From Candidatus Multivoradales bacterium (lineage in GTDB: Bacteria > Acidobacteriota > Thermoanaerobaculia > Multivoradales > Multivoraceae), in contig CBDCWI010000002.1 of assembly GCA_965223325.1 (NCBI GenBank), forward strand, positions 160,001 through 224,000: a DNA stretch of 64,000 bases. The letters are read 5' to 3'. This document shows, piece by piece, positions 38,936 to 48,957 of the stretch. The notes below the pieces were generated by a model, which made no database searches, was not told the DNA's origin, and worked only from the letters and a program-made list of their open reading frames with translations. Every line of letters begins with the position of its first letter. Within the stretch, counting starts at the first letter, position 1. A program made the position numbers and the translations under genes.

Positions 38936-39246
38936 TCGAACGGGAAGTGCAGATCAAGAACCCCTCGGGTCTGCACGCTCGGGCGGCGGCCCGGTTGGTT
39001 CATCTCACCGGTTCGTTCTCATGTGATGTGTTTCTGGTGCGCGACGGCCAAGCAACCGACGCCAAGAGCATCCTCGGGATTCTTCTTCTGGCGGCCGCTC
39101 AAGGCGCAGAGTTGGTCGTACGCTGCGATGGCAGCGACGAACAGGAGGCGGTTGCCGCCATTGCGGCGCTGTTCGAGCGCGGGTTCGAAGAGCTTCCAAC
39201 TGGGAGTACGTCAGGAGACGCCGACGGAGAAGGAATCGCTCCATGA
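38926..39246 (+). CDS. ptsH: Phosphocarrier protein HPr
   Basis: GLHARAAA (His15) and DAKSILGIL (Ser46). Start could be the GTG at 38932. Confidence 0.92.
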   Translation: MRVIEREVQIKNPSGLHARAAARLVHLTGSFSCDVFLVRDGQATDAKSILGILLLAAAQGAELVVRCDGSDEQEAVAAIAALFERGFEELPTGSTSGDADGEGIAP

Positions 39247-40973
39247 GTCCGAGCATGGTGGTGCTCGAAGGGGCAGCGGGCTCGGGTGGCATTGCCATCG
39301 GGACACTGGTTTGCCTGGCGGAGGCGCATGAGGTGTTTCGCTTGCCGCTCGAAGAGCGCGACATCGGTCGCGAACTGGAGCGGTTGGAAGAGGCGCTGGC
39401 AAAGACTCGTCGGGAGCTGGGCGAGACGCAGTCTCACGTGCGCGAAGAGTTGGGTGACGATCTGGCGGGTATTTTTGGGGCGCACGAACTCATCCTTGCC
39501 GACCCCGCCTTCATTGGTGAGGTCAGAGACCGCGTCGCCGAGCGGAAGGTCAACGCCGAGTGGGCTGTGACCGAGGTTGCGGCCGAGCTCGGTGAGCGGT
39601 TTGCGCGTATCGAGAGCGAGCACCTGCGGGAGCGCGGGCAGGACCTACGCGACGTATCACGCTACTTGTTGCGCAGTCTGCAGGGGTCGGCGAAACGAGA
39701 CTTCGGCGAGGTCGAGGGGCCGGTGATTCTGGTCGCCGATGAACTCACCCCCGGAGAGGTGCTCCGTTTCGGCCGGGGAGCAACCGCGGGTATCGCGATT
39801 GCGGGTGGGGGCAAGACCTCGCACAGCACCATCGTGGCGCAGGCGCTGCGGCTGCCGTTCGTCAGTGGGCTGACGGGTGTGACCGGCATGGTGCGAGATC
39901 GGGTTCCAGCAATCGTCGACGGTGAGCTGGGCCGGCTGATTCTCGACCCGACGCCTGCGGTCCTCGAAGACGCACGCGCGCGGGGCGCGGAGTCGGATCG
40001 TCTGGAACGACAGAGAATGGAGGGCAACCGCGCGCTGCCAACGCGAACCGTCGACGGAGTCGACATTGTGTTGCGGGCCAATGTCGAACTGGTCGACGAG
40101 ATCGAACAGACGGTGGCCACAGGGGCGCGTGGCATCGGGCTGTACCGCAGTGAGTTTCTCTACATCGAGAAGAGCCCGGAGCTGCCCTCCGAAGAGGAGC
40201 AGTTCGAGGTGGCGTGTTCGATGCTCGAGGCGATGGATCCGCACCCGGTGATCGTTCGCACCTTTGATCTCGGTGGTCGTAAGTTGGCGCGCGAGGTCAT
40301 GAACAGTGACGAGGAGAACCCGAGTCTCGGCTTGCGCGGCATTCGGCTGACTCTCGCGCGGCCGGAGATCTTCCGGGTCCAGGTACGGGCGTTGATGCGG
40401 GCGGCGGCGGAAGGGGATCTGCGGATCATGGTTCCGTTGGTCAGCGGACTCGGCGAGATTCGGGCGTTTCGCGAGATGTGTCGCTCGGTCCACGAAGAGC
40501 TGGTGCGTGAGAATGTTCGTCATCGTCTCGACTTTCCGGTCGGAACAATGATCGAAGTGCCGTCGGCGGCCTTGATTGCAGACCGACTCGCGCCCGAGGT
40601 CGACTTCATGGCCATCGGGACCAATGATCTGATCCAGTACGCGCTGGCCGTCGACCGCAACAACGAGCACGTCGCACATCTCTACCGTCCGTTGCATCCG
40701 GCCGTCCTCGAGATGATCCACCGGGTCGTCGCCGCGGGGCGCCGGGGTGGTGCGGAGGTCAGCGTCTGCGGTGAGATGGCGGCCGATCCGGGCATGGTGC
40801 CCATTCTGTTGGGGCTCGGAGTTCGGGTGTTCTCGATGGGCCCGCGGTCGATTCCGAGCGTCGGCGAGGTGGTTCGAAAGAGTGACCTCGAAGCGCTGGA
40901 AAGCATTGCCGAGCGTTGCCTGGGGATGGACGGAGCAGATGAGATCAGCCGGTTCTTGTCGAATGTTCTATGA
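39243..40973 (+). CDS. ptsI: PTS enzyme I
   Basis: GGKTSHS phospho-His, GIGLYRSEF, RTFDLGG, ENPSLGLRGIR, MIEVP, IGTNDLIQY, CGEMA. Confidence 0.96.
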   Translation: MSPSMVVLEGAAGSGGIAIGTLVCLAEAHEVFRLPLEERDIGRELERLEEALAKTRRELGETQSHVREELGDDLAGIFGAHELILADPAFIGEVRDRVAERKVNAEWAVTEVAAELGERFARIESEHLRERGQDLRDVSRYLLRSLQGSAKRDFGEVEGPVILVADELTPGEVLRFGRGATAGIAIAGGGKTSHSTIVAQALRLPFVSGLTGVTGMVRDRVPAIVDGELGRLILDPTPAVLEDARARGAESDRLERQRMEGNRALPTRTVDGVDIVLRANVELVDEIEQTVATGARGIGLYRSEFLYIEKSPELPSEEEQFEVACSMLEAMDPHPVIVRTFDLGGRKLAREVMNSDEENPSLGLRGIRLTLARPEIFRVQVRALMRAAAEGDLRIMVPLVSGLGEIRAFREMCRSVHEELVRENVRHRLDFPVGTMIEVPSAALIADRLAPEVDFMAIGTNDLIQYALAVDRNNEHVAHLYRPLHPAVLEMIHRVVAAGRRGGAEVSVCGEMAADPGMVPILLGLGVRVFSMGPRSIPSVGEVVRKSDLEALESIAERCLGMDGADEISRFLSNVL

Positions 40974-40983
40974 TTTCGCCACG

Positions 40984-41886
40984 ATGATCACCCGCCTACA
41001 CCCCCTCGTGTTTCTTGCCTTTCTACAACTCTTGTGCCTCAGCGTCCTTGCCTGCGGTAGCACGCGCCCGGCCGTCGACAGTCTGCCCCCCCAAACGCTG
41101 ACGCCAAACGCGCCCTCTGCACCGGCCGGTGACGATTTCAGCGCCCCGGTCGCGGCATCGTCCGAGTCGGTTTCGGCTCTCGACCTCGCGGACGCCGAGG
41201 TCGAGGTCGAGGAGGACGACGATCCAACGCTTGTCGTCGTGGGTGACGCGGACGATTCGAACCACGACGAGGACGCGAGCATGGCGTTGCGGCTCTACGC
41301 GGCCTCTCGTCGTGAGGCGGCGCGGCGTGACCGGGCGGCTGCTCCCGTGGCGGTGATCACGGACAAGAATCTGGCAGAGATGGCGGAGGGTGGCAGGCTG
41401 ACCGTCGGCGGGCGTCCAGCGACAACTGAGTCCGTTGATGGCGGCCCTGGGGAGGTCGAGGGCGACAGTCGCCCGGTCGGCACGCTCCATGCCACAGCGG
41501 AAGAGGAGCTGTACTGGCGCAGTCGCGCGCGCGAGTTGCGCGAGCGTTGGCGTGACGCCTACGACTCGATCACGATCTTGGAAGGCGAGGCGAACGGCCT
41601 CAGGCGGCGCTTCTACTCGGAGGATGACCCGTGGGTTCGCGACGCGAGGATCAAGCCGGCCTGGGACCGGTCGTTGGACAAGCTGGAGGAAGCGCGGGAC
41701 AAAGTCGAGGCGGCACAGGACGAGCTGGCGGATTTCCTCGATGAAGGCAGACGCGCCGGCGCCCTCCCGGGGTGGCTCCGCGAAGGCAACGAGCTCGAGC
41801 CCGACCCCAGCCTCACGAACGCCCCACCACTCAACCCCGACCCCCAAGAGCCCCAGATAGCCGCCCAACCCCAGCCACCTGAATAG
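40984..41886 (+). CDS. Hypothetical lipoprotein with acidic linker and coiled coil
   Basis: Lipobox VLAC; VITDKNL; YWRSRARELR...GRRAGALPGWLR coiled-coil end. Confidence 0.65.
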   Translation: MITRLHPLVFLAFLQLLCLSVLACGSTRPAVDSLPPQTLTPNAPSAPAGDDFSAPVAASSESVSALDLADAEVEVEEDDDPTLVVVGDADDSNHDEDASMALRLYAASRREAARRDRAAAPVAVITDKNLAEMAEGGRLTVGGRPATTESVDGGPGEVEGDSRPVGTLHATAEEELYWRSRARELRERWRDAYDSITILEGEANGLRRRFYSEDDPWVRDARIKPAWDRSLDKLEEARDKVEAAQDELADFLDEGRRAGALPGWLREGNELEPDPSLTNAPPLNPDPQEPQIAAQPQPPE

Positions 41887-42101
41887 CCACCGGCGCATAT
41901 TCGGTAGGGAAACACCCTTTGGTGCCGCGATCCGGCATCCGACGCTTCCGTGATGCCGCCGAACCCCTCGCTACCTGCCGTTGCCTCCATCCCTGGGCAC
42001 AGCTTCGCCGTGGAGCACTCTCGGGAACCCTCGAGTCGGCACAGATTGTCTCGTCCGCAGACGGCTCGAGCCGCCAGCAGCGTTTCCTGGTTCTTCGCCG
42101 C

Positions 42102-43034
42102 CTAGCTCACGGGATGGGGCACGAACGGCAGACCTGGCGGAAAGCAGCCGGCAGGAAAGGCCACATCGGAAACGCCTCGTTTCAGCGCATTCGCCGCACG
42201 GCGGTACGCCCGCAGAAACGCATTGAAGACCGCGTTCATCTCCTCTCGGACCTGCGAGCGGTAGGCGAAGGTGCGGCGAAGCGGTGTCTTCTCGAGCGGC
42301 TTCTTCGGCTTCTGCGTCGGCCGCTGACTGCGGATCGCGAGTTCTCCGAGCGGTTTCGTACCCTGGCTTCGATGACGCGCGATGGTCTGCGCGCGGATGT
42401 CATCGAGTTGGGCACAGACCCTGTCGCAGTAGGCCTGCTTGTCCATCTCGGCAAAGGCAGGCAGGGGCGTCAGAAAGACAGCCACGGTGGTTGTGAAGTC
42501 GCGCTCGCGCACCTTCTCGCCCTGCGCCTTGGCGCGCCTCATACCAGCCGTATCGACCCACTGTGTCTGCACGGTCAGGCTGCCGTCACGGAACGCAGCG
42601 GTGGCGCTTGCTCCCGGCCAGTCGTCGCGGGAGTAGACGAGGTTCTCCTTGGCACCCTGAGAGAGCAGGTAGATCTGGCGCGCCCACTGCGCTTCGGGTT
42701 CCGAGGAGATGTTGGTCTTGGAGTAGCGACGGGCCCAGAACTTCTCGCTCCAACCATGGAGGCGGGCGAGTTTCCTCGCCAGGGTCGACTTCAGGTAGCA
42801 CATGAATCCGGAGAGCTGCTGTTGATCGCTGGGGGTCAGAGCGATATGAAAGTGATTCGAGGCGAAGAAGTAGTCGTGGATCTCCATTCCGAAGCGCTCT
42901 TGCGCCCGGGCCATCGTGCTGTCGATGATGCGTTTGGCAGTCGGTGAGGGCCGCATGAGGAAACGGCCGTGGAGTGTTCGGCTGGCGACTTCGACGGTTG
43001 TGTTGCGGGGGAGGTGGCGTGGGGTTGTGCCCAT
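42102..43034 (-). mobile_element. Stand-alone HUH Y1 transposase (REP-associated tyrosine transposase-like)
   Basis: N-terminal PR...RTLHGRFLM; SNHFHI (HUH); FWARRY; Tyr in IYLLSQGAKENLV...DWPG.S; C-terminal AFPAGCFPP. No terminal inverted repeats or tnpB seen. Confidence 0.8.
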
Positions 43035-43247
43035 GATGGGTCTCCTCTGGTTTCAGAGAGCTCCGCGACATGCGGCTCTCGTTACCGAGGACGCAAAACG
43101 ATCGAAAAGTCTGACAAGGAGACCCGATTGACCCTTCGACGAGACTCGTTTACATCGTCAGGCTCGTGGAACGGGTGGACGATCGGTTTTCTCGGTGGCT
43201 GGGGGTTCTGGCAGGCACGATAGGGTGGGGGTAGGAGGTTTCTACTT

Positions 43248-44351
43248 GTGGCTACTTTGGATTCGTCGCTCGAGGCGGCGGTAGACGCGCGACGTGTGGC
43301 GCTCGATGCGCATGTTCGCGAGATCGTTCGCTGGCACTTTTCTCCCGAGACTGGGACGCCGTTCTGGCTCGAGAAGGTCGCCGAGCTCGATTTCGACCCG
43401 CTCACCGATATCGAGACCTTCGAAGACCTGCGACGCTTTCCTCTCTTCGAGGACGTTTGGCTTCGCGGTGGGCCGGTCAGACGCTGGGTTCCACGAGCTT
43501 TCGCCGATAAGCCGATCTACGTCTTCGAAACCGGGGGCACTACCGGAACGCCCAAGAGTCGTATTGCCATCGACGACTTCCGCACGGACTACGAGATGTT
43601 CTCCGACACCCTTCCCGATAAGCACTTCCCGCGCGGCTGCAACTGGTTGATGCTCGGTCCCTCCGGTCCACGCCGGCTGCGGCTGGCGGTCGAGCACCTG
43701 GCCCAGCATCGAGGAGGTATCTGCTTCTGTGTCGACCTCGACCCTCGCTGGGTCATCAAGCTGATCAAGAAGGGCTGGACGGAACACCTCGAGGCCTACA
43801 AGGACCATGTGATCGACCAGGCGATCACGATCCTCGAGGCCGGTCATGACGTCCGCGCCATGTTCGCAACCCCCAAGCTTCTCGAGAACCTCTGTCTCCG
43901 GCTCGAAGACATGGGCACGACGCTCGCAGAGTGCGGCATTCAGGGGATCTTTTCCGGCGGCACCGAGTTCACTCCTCAGTGGACTCGTTTCGCCATGGAG
44001 GAGCTCATCGAGGGCATCTACATGACCCCGACCTACGGCAACACCCTGATGGGCTTGGCGGCATCGAAACCAGTGGGTCCCGACGACGGCTACAAGATCT
44101 CCTACTACGCTCCCCAGCCACGTGCCGTTCTCGAGGTCGTGGACCCTGATGACCCCAGCCGGGTGGTCGACTACGGTGGCACCGGCCGCGTTCGCCTGAC
44201 GACCCTCACCCGCGAGCTGTTCGTGCCGGGCTTTCTCGAGCGCGACGAAGGGGAGCGCGAACCTCCCTGGGAAAGCTTTCCCTGGGACGGCGTGTCCGGC
44301 GTCCGGCCGTTCGCCAAGCTTGCCGAGACCACGACCGTGGGCGTTTATTGA
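43248..44351 (+). CDS. EhpF-like / PaaK-LuxE-like adenylate-forming enzyme (N-terminal ANL domain only)
   Basis: WHFSPETGTPFW, P-loop ETGGTTGTPK, DLDPRWV, GGT, YGNTL, ERD; 367 aa with no C-terminal ANL lid. Confidence 0.7.
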   Translation: MATLDSSLEAAVDARRVALDAHVREIVRWHFSPETGTPFWLEKVAELDFDPLTDIETFEDLRRFPLFEDVWLRGGPVRRWVPRAFADKPIYVFETGGTTGTPKSRIAIDDFRTDYEMFSDTLPDKHFPRGCNWLMLGPSGPRRLRLAVEHLAQHRGGICFCVDLDPRWVIKLIKKGWTEHLEAYKDHVIDQAITILEAGHDVRAMFATPKLLENLCLRLEDMGTTLAECGIQGIFSGGTEFTPQWTRFAMEELIEGIYMTPTYGNTLMGLAASKPVGPDDGYKISYYAPQPRAVLEVVDPDDPSRVVDYGGTGRVRLTTLTRELFVPGFLERDEGEREPPWESFPWDGVSGVRPFAKLAETTTVGVY

Positions 44352-44565
44352 CCTCCTCCTTCGCACCACGGGCTGTTAGCCTGCGCATCGCCATCGGGGT
44401 CACCGAAAACGGAGCGACGAGGAACCGCCAGGCGCCGCCGGCAGACCCGCCTTCTCTAGCCCACCCGAGGCCCGCCCTAGCGTCCTCAACTATCGAGTCC
44501 TCAACCATCGTGTTCGACTCTCGCTCCACCGCCCGAAAACCCGAGTCCATCACTGAAAGGTCCGC

Positions 44566-45999
44566 ATGAGCGTTCTGGATATCCCTGTCCTCCGGTGGGG
44601 AAAGCCCTACGACAGTCTCGAGAAGTCACCGGTCGTTCACTTCGAGACCGGCGAGAAGCTGGCCGAGGTCTCAACCGCCAACGCTGGCATCGTTGCCCGC
44701 GACATGCGCAAAGCTCACCGGGCCCGCGAAGTGCTTCGGGGCATCCCAACCGGCGAGCTGCTCGAGCGCGTCGGCAAGGCCGGCGAGCTCTACATGACCG
44801 CCGACCTGCCGCTCGGCGACGGCGTGCAAACGCCTGCCGACTTCGTGCGCTATCAGTCCGCCACCACCGGCCTGCCCGAGCACATGTGTCGCTTCAACAT
44901 GGAGAAGAACCGCTTCGTTCTCGAGAACATGGGCCAGGTCCTCGACTCCCTGACCCGGGGCCTCGACCTCGAGATCCTGCGCAACGGCCACGGCATCGAA
45001 GACCGCGGTGTGCCGCTCAGTCTTCAGGCGCAGTCGCCAGTCCTCGGCCTCGTCTTGCCCTCCAACTCGCCCGGCGTACACACCCTCTGGCTGCCGGTGA
45101 TTCCGCTCCAGGTCGGGCTGGTGTTCAAGCCCGGCCCCCAGGAGCCCTGGACCCCGTACCGTATGGCAGAGGCGTTCTTTGCCGCCGGTATCCCGCGCGA
45201 GGCCATTTCGATTTACCCAGGCGAGGCCGAGGTCGGTGCCGCCGTGCTCTCCAGCGCTCCCCGCAGCTTGATCTTTGGCGGTCAGGCCACCATCGATCGC
45301 TACAAGGGCGATCCCCGTGTGCAGGCACACGGCCCCGGCTACAGCAAGATCCTGCTCGGAGACGACATCATCGACGACTGGGAGAAGTACCTCGATCTTC
45401 TCGTCGAAAGCGTCTTCGTCAATAGCGGTCGAGGGTGCATCAACGCTTCCGGCGTATGGGCGTCTCGGCACACCGAAGAGATCGCCGAAGCGATGGCGAG
45501 GCGCCTGGCCGAAGTCGAGCCTCTACCCCCCGAAGACCCGGACAGCCCACTCGCCGCGTTCACCGTTCCTGGAGTCGCCGCCGCGATCGACGGCATGATC
45601 GCCTCCCATACCGAGGACCAAGGTACCGAAGACGTCACCGCCCGTCTCCGGGGAGCGGGTCCGCTCAAGAGCGGCGAGCGCGCCGACTACCTGATGCCCA
45701 CTGTCCTCCATTGTTCCTCTCCCGCGGCCAGCGGGGCCAACGTCGAGTACATGTTTCCGTTCTGCTCGGTCGTCAAGTGCGAACAAGGCGAGATGCTCGA
45801 CTCGATTGGTTCGACTCTGGTTTGCAGCGCCCTGACCCGAGACGAGACATTTCGCGCGCAGCTCATCAACGCCACCCACATCGACCGGCTCAATCTCGGA
45901 GCCGTCGCGACGACCAAACTCAACTGGTTACAGCCCCACGAAGGCAACATCATCGATTTTCTCTTCCGCAACCGAGCGTTCCAGGAGGCTGAGCTCTAG
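44566..45999 (+). CDS. Aldehyde dehydrogenase-superfamily acyl reductase (EhpG/LuxC-like)
   Basis: LPSNSPG, FKPG, IFGG, catalytic NSGRGCINAS, EYMFPF. HGPGYSK replaces the ELGGK motif. Confidence 0.75.
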   Translation: MSVLDIPVLRWGKPYDSLEKSPVVHFETGEKLAEVSTANAGIVARDMRKAHRAREVLRGIPTGELLERVGKAGELYMTADLPLGDGVQTPADFVRYQSATTGLPEHMCRFNMEKNRFVLENMGQVLDSLTRGLDLEILRNGHGIEDRGVPLSLQAQSPVLGLVLPSNSPGVHTLWLPVIPLQVGLVFKPGPQEPWTPYRMAEAFFAAGIPREAISIYPGEAEVGAAVLSSAPRSLIFGGQATIDRYKGDPRVQAHGPGYSKILLGDDIIDDWEKYLDLLVESVFVNSGRGCINASGVWASRHTEEIAEAMARRLAEVEPLPPEDPDSPLAAFTVPGVAAAIDGMIASHTEDQGTEDVTARLRGAGPLKSGERADYLMPTVLHCSSPAASGANVEYMFPFCSVVKCEQGEMLDSIGSTLVCSALTRDETFRAQLINATHIDRLNLGAVATTKLNWLQPHEGNIIDFLFRNRAFQEAEL

Positions 46000-46029
46000 G
46001 AGGCTTGCGCTTTCCTTGACCCTCCCAAA

Positions 46030-48861
46030 GTGGCCACAACGCTTCCTGACTTCGCGCCCAAAGACGAGCCGCTCCGAGAGGACGTCTCGCTCCTGGGAGC
46101 GCTGGTTGGCGAGGTTCTGCGAGAAGTGGGCGAGCCCGGGCTTTACGAGCGCGTCGAAGCCGCACGCCAGAGTGCGATCGCGCGGCGCCGCCTGGGGAGC
46201 GAAGCGTCGGAGAACACCCCCTCTGGGGCGAGCGAGAACCTCACCGAGGCATTGGCTGGCCTCTCACCCGAGACGGCGGCCGAACTCGTGCGGGCGTTTT
46301 CGACCTACTTCTGGGTGGTCAACCTGGCAGAGAAGGTCCATCGGATTCGCCGCCGACGTGCCTATCTGCGTGATCCCGCAGGCGCACCGCAGCGCGAGAG
46401 TCTTCGCGCCGCACTTCTTGCGGTCGCGGGCGAACTGTTCGAGGCGGGCGCTTCGTCAGACTTTCTTCCTCTGCTTTCCGAGGTGTACGTCGAGCCAGTG
46501 TTCACCGCCCATCCCACCGAGGCGACGCGCCGGGCGCTGCTCGAGAAGGAACAACGCATCGTACGCCGGCTCGTCGACCGGCTCGACCCGGCCCGCACCG
46601 TGCCCGAAGAACAGGCGGCCCTGGCGCGCATCAAGTCAGAGATCGCCAGTGCCTGGCAAACCGCAGAGCATCCTGAGGTTCGGCCCACCGTCGCCGACGA
46701 GCGCGAGCATGTCTTGTTCTTCGTTACCGACGTTCTCTATCGCATCGTGCCGCCGCTCGCCGAAGAGTGGCAGCGAGCGCTCCAGGCCGGCCTGTCCGCA
46801 GCAGCCTCGCCTGGCCAACCCAGCAGACAACGCAGTGGGAAAGGTGGGTCCGGGCGCCTGCCACCGCTTCCGCTCTCCTTTGCCTCCTGGGTCGGCGGCG
46901 ATATGGACGGCAACCCCAATGTCGACGCGCAGACGCTGCGGGCAACTCTCGAGCGTCACCGCGAGCTGGTTCTCGAGCTCTACCTGCGCGAGGTGAGAGC
47001 GCTGGCGAGAGAACTCACCCAGTCGATTTCGCGGGTCGACTTCGACTCGTCGGTCGATCAACGAATCACCCACTACGCAACCCTTTTTCCCGAGGCCTTC
47101 GCCAGGATCCCGGAGCGTTCACGCGACATGCCGTATCGGACGTTGCTCAATCTGGTGGGAGCACGTCTCGAGTCAACCGTCAACGACGCGCCGAACGCCT
47201 ACCCTGGAGCCGAGGCGTTCGCTGAAGACCTGCAGATCGTGCGCCGCAGTCTCGAGGCGCACGGTGGCAGCGGTGCGGGAGGCTTCGCAGTCGATCGCCT
47301 GCTCGAGCGCCTTCGCGTGTTCGGATTCCACCTCGCAACTCTCGACGTTCGGCAGGACGGATTGGTCCACCGACGGGCGGTTGCCGATCTACTGGCGGTC
47401 GACCTCGAGGAGTGGCTGGACCGACCCGCCAGCGAGCGGACTTCGAGGCTGCTGGGAGAACTTGGCGCCAAGCGTGCCGCGCCCAGCCCCCGAGAGCCCG
47501 AGATCGAAGCCACTCTCGACGTTTTTCGGGCCATCACCCACTGCCGCGAGCGCTATGGTGACGACGCGCTCGGGCCGTTCATCGTTTCGATGAGCGAGGG
47601 CCCGGACGATGTGCTTTCGGTTCTGTTTCTGGCCCGCGCGGCGGAGCAGGGAGGGGACGCCGGAAGTCTCACCGTGGTTCCTCTCGACGTCGCACCCCTC
47701 TTCGAAACGGTCGATGACCTCAACGCCTCTGCGGGAGTCCTGGACCGTCTCTTCGCGATCGACGTCTATCGCCAGCACCTGGCCGCTCGCGGCGACCGTC
47801 AGGTGGTCATGGTTGGCTATTCCGACAGCAGCAAGGACGGGGGCGCCGCGGCCTCACGCTGGGCACTGCAGGAGGCGCAGCGGGCAATGGCCGAGGTTTG
47901 TCGTCGACATGACGTGCGTTTGACCGTCTTTCACGGCCGCGGCGGTACCGTCGGGCGCGGCGGTGGCAAGACCCACCGCGCCGTGCTGGCCGCGCCCGCT
48001 GGCACCCTCGACGGTGGCCTGCGCGTGACCGAGCAGGGCGAGGTGATCGCCGACAAGTACGGGCTTCGCGGCATCGCCATGCGTAACCTCGAACGCTCGA
48101 TCGGTGCCGTGGCTCTGGCCCAGGCCCGCAACCGCCGCCGTCGGTCCGCTCCCGAACCAACCGGCGCTGCGCCAGATGAGTGGCGCGCCATCGGAGCGAC
48201 GCTCGCGGGTGCGAGCCGCGAGGCCTACCGCGCCCTGGTTTGGGAGCATCCCCAGTTCGTCGACTACTTCAGAAGCGCCACACCGGTGGACGTGATCGAG
48301 CGCATGCGCATTGGCTCGCGTCCCGCCTCGCGGCGCACCGGCGGTGGGGTCGAGAACCTGCGCGCCATCCCCTGGGTCTTCGCCTGGACGCAGAGTCGCC
48401 ACCTGTTGCCGGCGTGGTTCGGGCTCGGCACGGGTCTCCGCGAGGCCGTCCGCCAGCACGGAAAGGAGAGCCTCGTCGAAGCCTGCTCCCGCTGGCCCTT
48501 CCTCCGCAACTTGCTCGACGACGTCGAAATGGCCCTCGCCAAGAGCGATCTCGACATTGCCCGCCGCTACGTACCTCTGGCACCGGAGGCGGCCAGGCCG
48601 ATATACCTCCTCATTCATTCGGAGTGGGAGCGCACCGTCGAGTTGCTCCTCGAGCTGCGTGCTGCCGACACCTTGCTCGCCGGCGATCCCACGCTGGCAA
48701 GAGCGATCGCTTTGCGCAACCCCTACGTCGACCCGATGAGTCTGCTGCAGGTCGACCTGCTTGAGCGCTGGCGGTCTGCGAATCGCCCCGAAGGTCCGCT
48801 TCTCGATGCCCTACTGGCAACGGTCAGCGGAATCGCCCGCGGACTCCAGAACACCGGCTGA
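46030..48861 (+). CDS. ppc: Phosphoenolpyruvate carboxylase
   Basis: VFTAHPTE, SWVGGDMDGNP, VMVGYSDSSKDGG, FHGRGGTVGRGG, TEQGE, LRAIPWVF, GLQNTG. Confidence 0.97.
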   Translation: MATTLPDFAPKDEPLREDVSLLGALVGEVLREVGEPGLYERVEAARQSAIARRRLGSEASENTPSGASENLTEALAGLSPETAAELVRAFSTYFWVVNLAEKVHRIRRRRAYLRDPAGAPQRESLRAALLAVAGELFEAGASSDFLPLLSEVYVEPVFTAHPTEATRRALLEKEQRIVRRLVDRLDPARTVPEEQAALARIKSEIASAWQTAEHPEVRPTVADEREHVLFFVTDVLYRIVPPLAEEWQRALQAGLSAAASPGQPSRQRSGKGGSGRLPPLPLSFASWVGGDMDGNPNVDAQTLRATLERHRELVLELYLREVRALARELTQSISRVDFDSSVDQRITHYATLFPEAFARIPERSRDMPYRTLLNLVGARLESTVNDAPNAYPGAEAFAEDLQIVRRSLEAHGGSGAGGFAVDRLLERLRVFGFHLATLDVRQDGLVHRRAVADLLAVDLEEWLDRPASERTSRLLGELGAKRAAPSPREPEIEATLDVFRAITHCRERYGDDALGPFIVSMSEGPDDVLSVLFLARAAEQGGDAGSLTVVPLDVAPLFETVDDLNASAGVLDRLFAIDVYRQHLAARGDRQVVMVGYSDSSKDGGAAASRWALQEAQRAMAEVCRRHDVRLTVFHGRGGTVGRGGGKTHRAVLAAPAGTLDGGLRVTEQGEVIADKYGLRGIAMRNLERSIGAVALAQARNRRRRSAPEPTGAAPDEWRAIGATLAGASREAYRALVWEHPQFVDYFRSATPVDVIERMRIGSRPASRRTGGGVENLRAIPWVFAWTQSRHLLPAWFGLGTGLREAVRQHGKESLVEACSRWPFLRNLLDDVEMALAKSDLDIARRYVPLAPEAARPIYLLIHSEWERTVELLLELRAADTLLAGDPTLARAIALRNPYVDPMSLLQVDLLERWRSANRPEGPLLDALLATVSGIARGLQNTG

Positions 48862-48957
48862 GCGGGCCGTGCTCCAGGGGACGGGCCGCCTCGCGCCTGG
48901 GGACGCGAAAGGTGCCCCAGCGACCAGGACACGACTTCTCTTGTATGCTACTGCCGC

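Noticed and set aside
22232-43245. GTAG-led mini-palindromes (22232-22248, 41904-41918, 43231-43245) as REP elements of the RAYT
   Set aside because: Too short and mutually dissimilar; no repeated REP or REPIN family is visible in this window.
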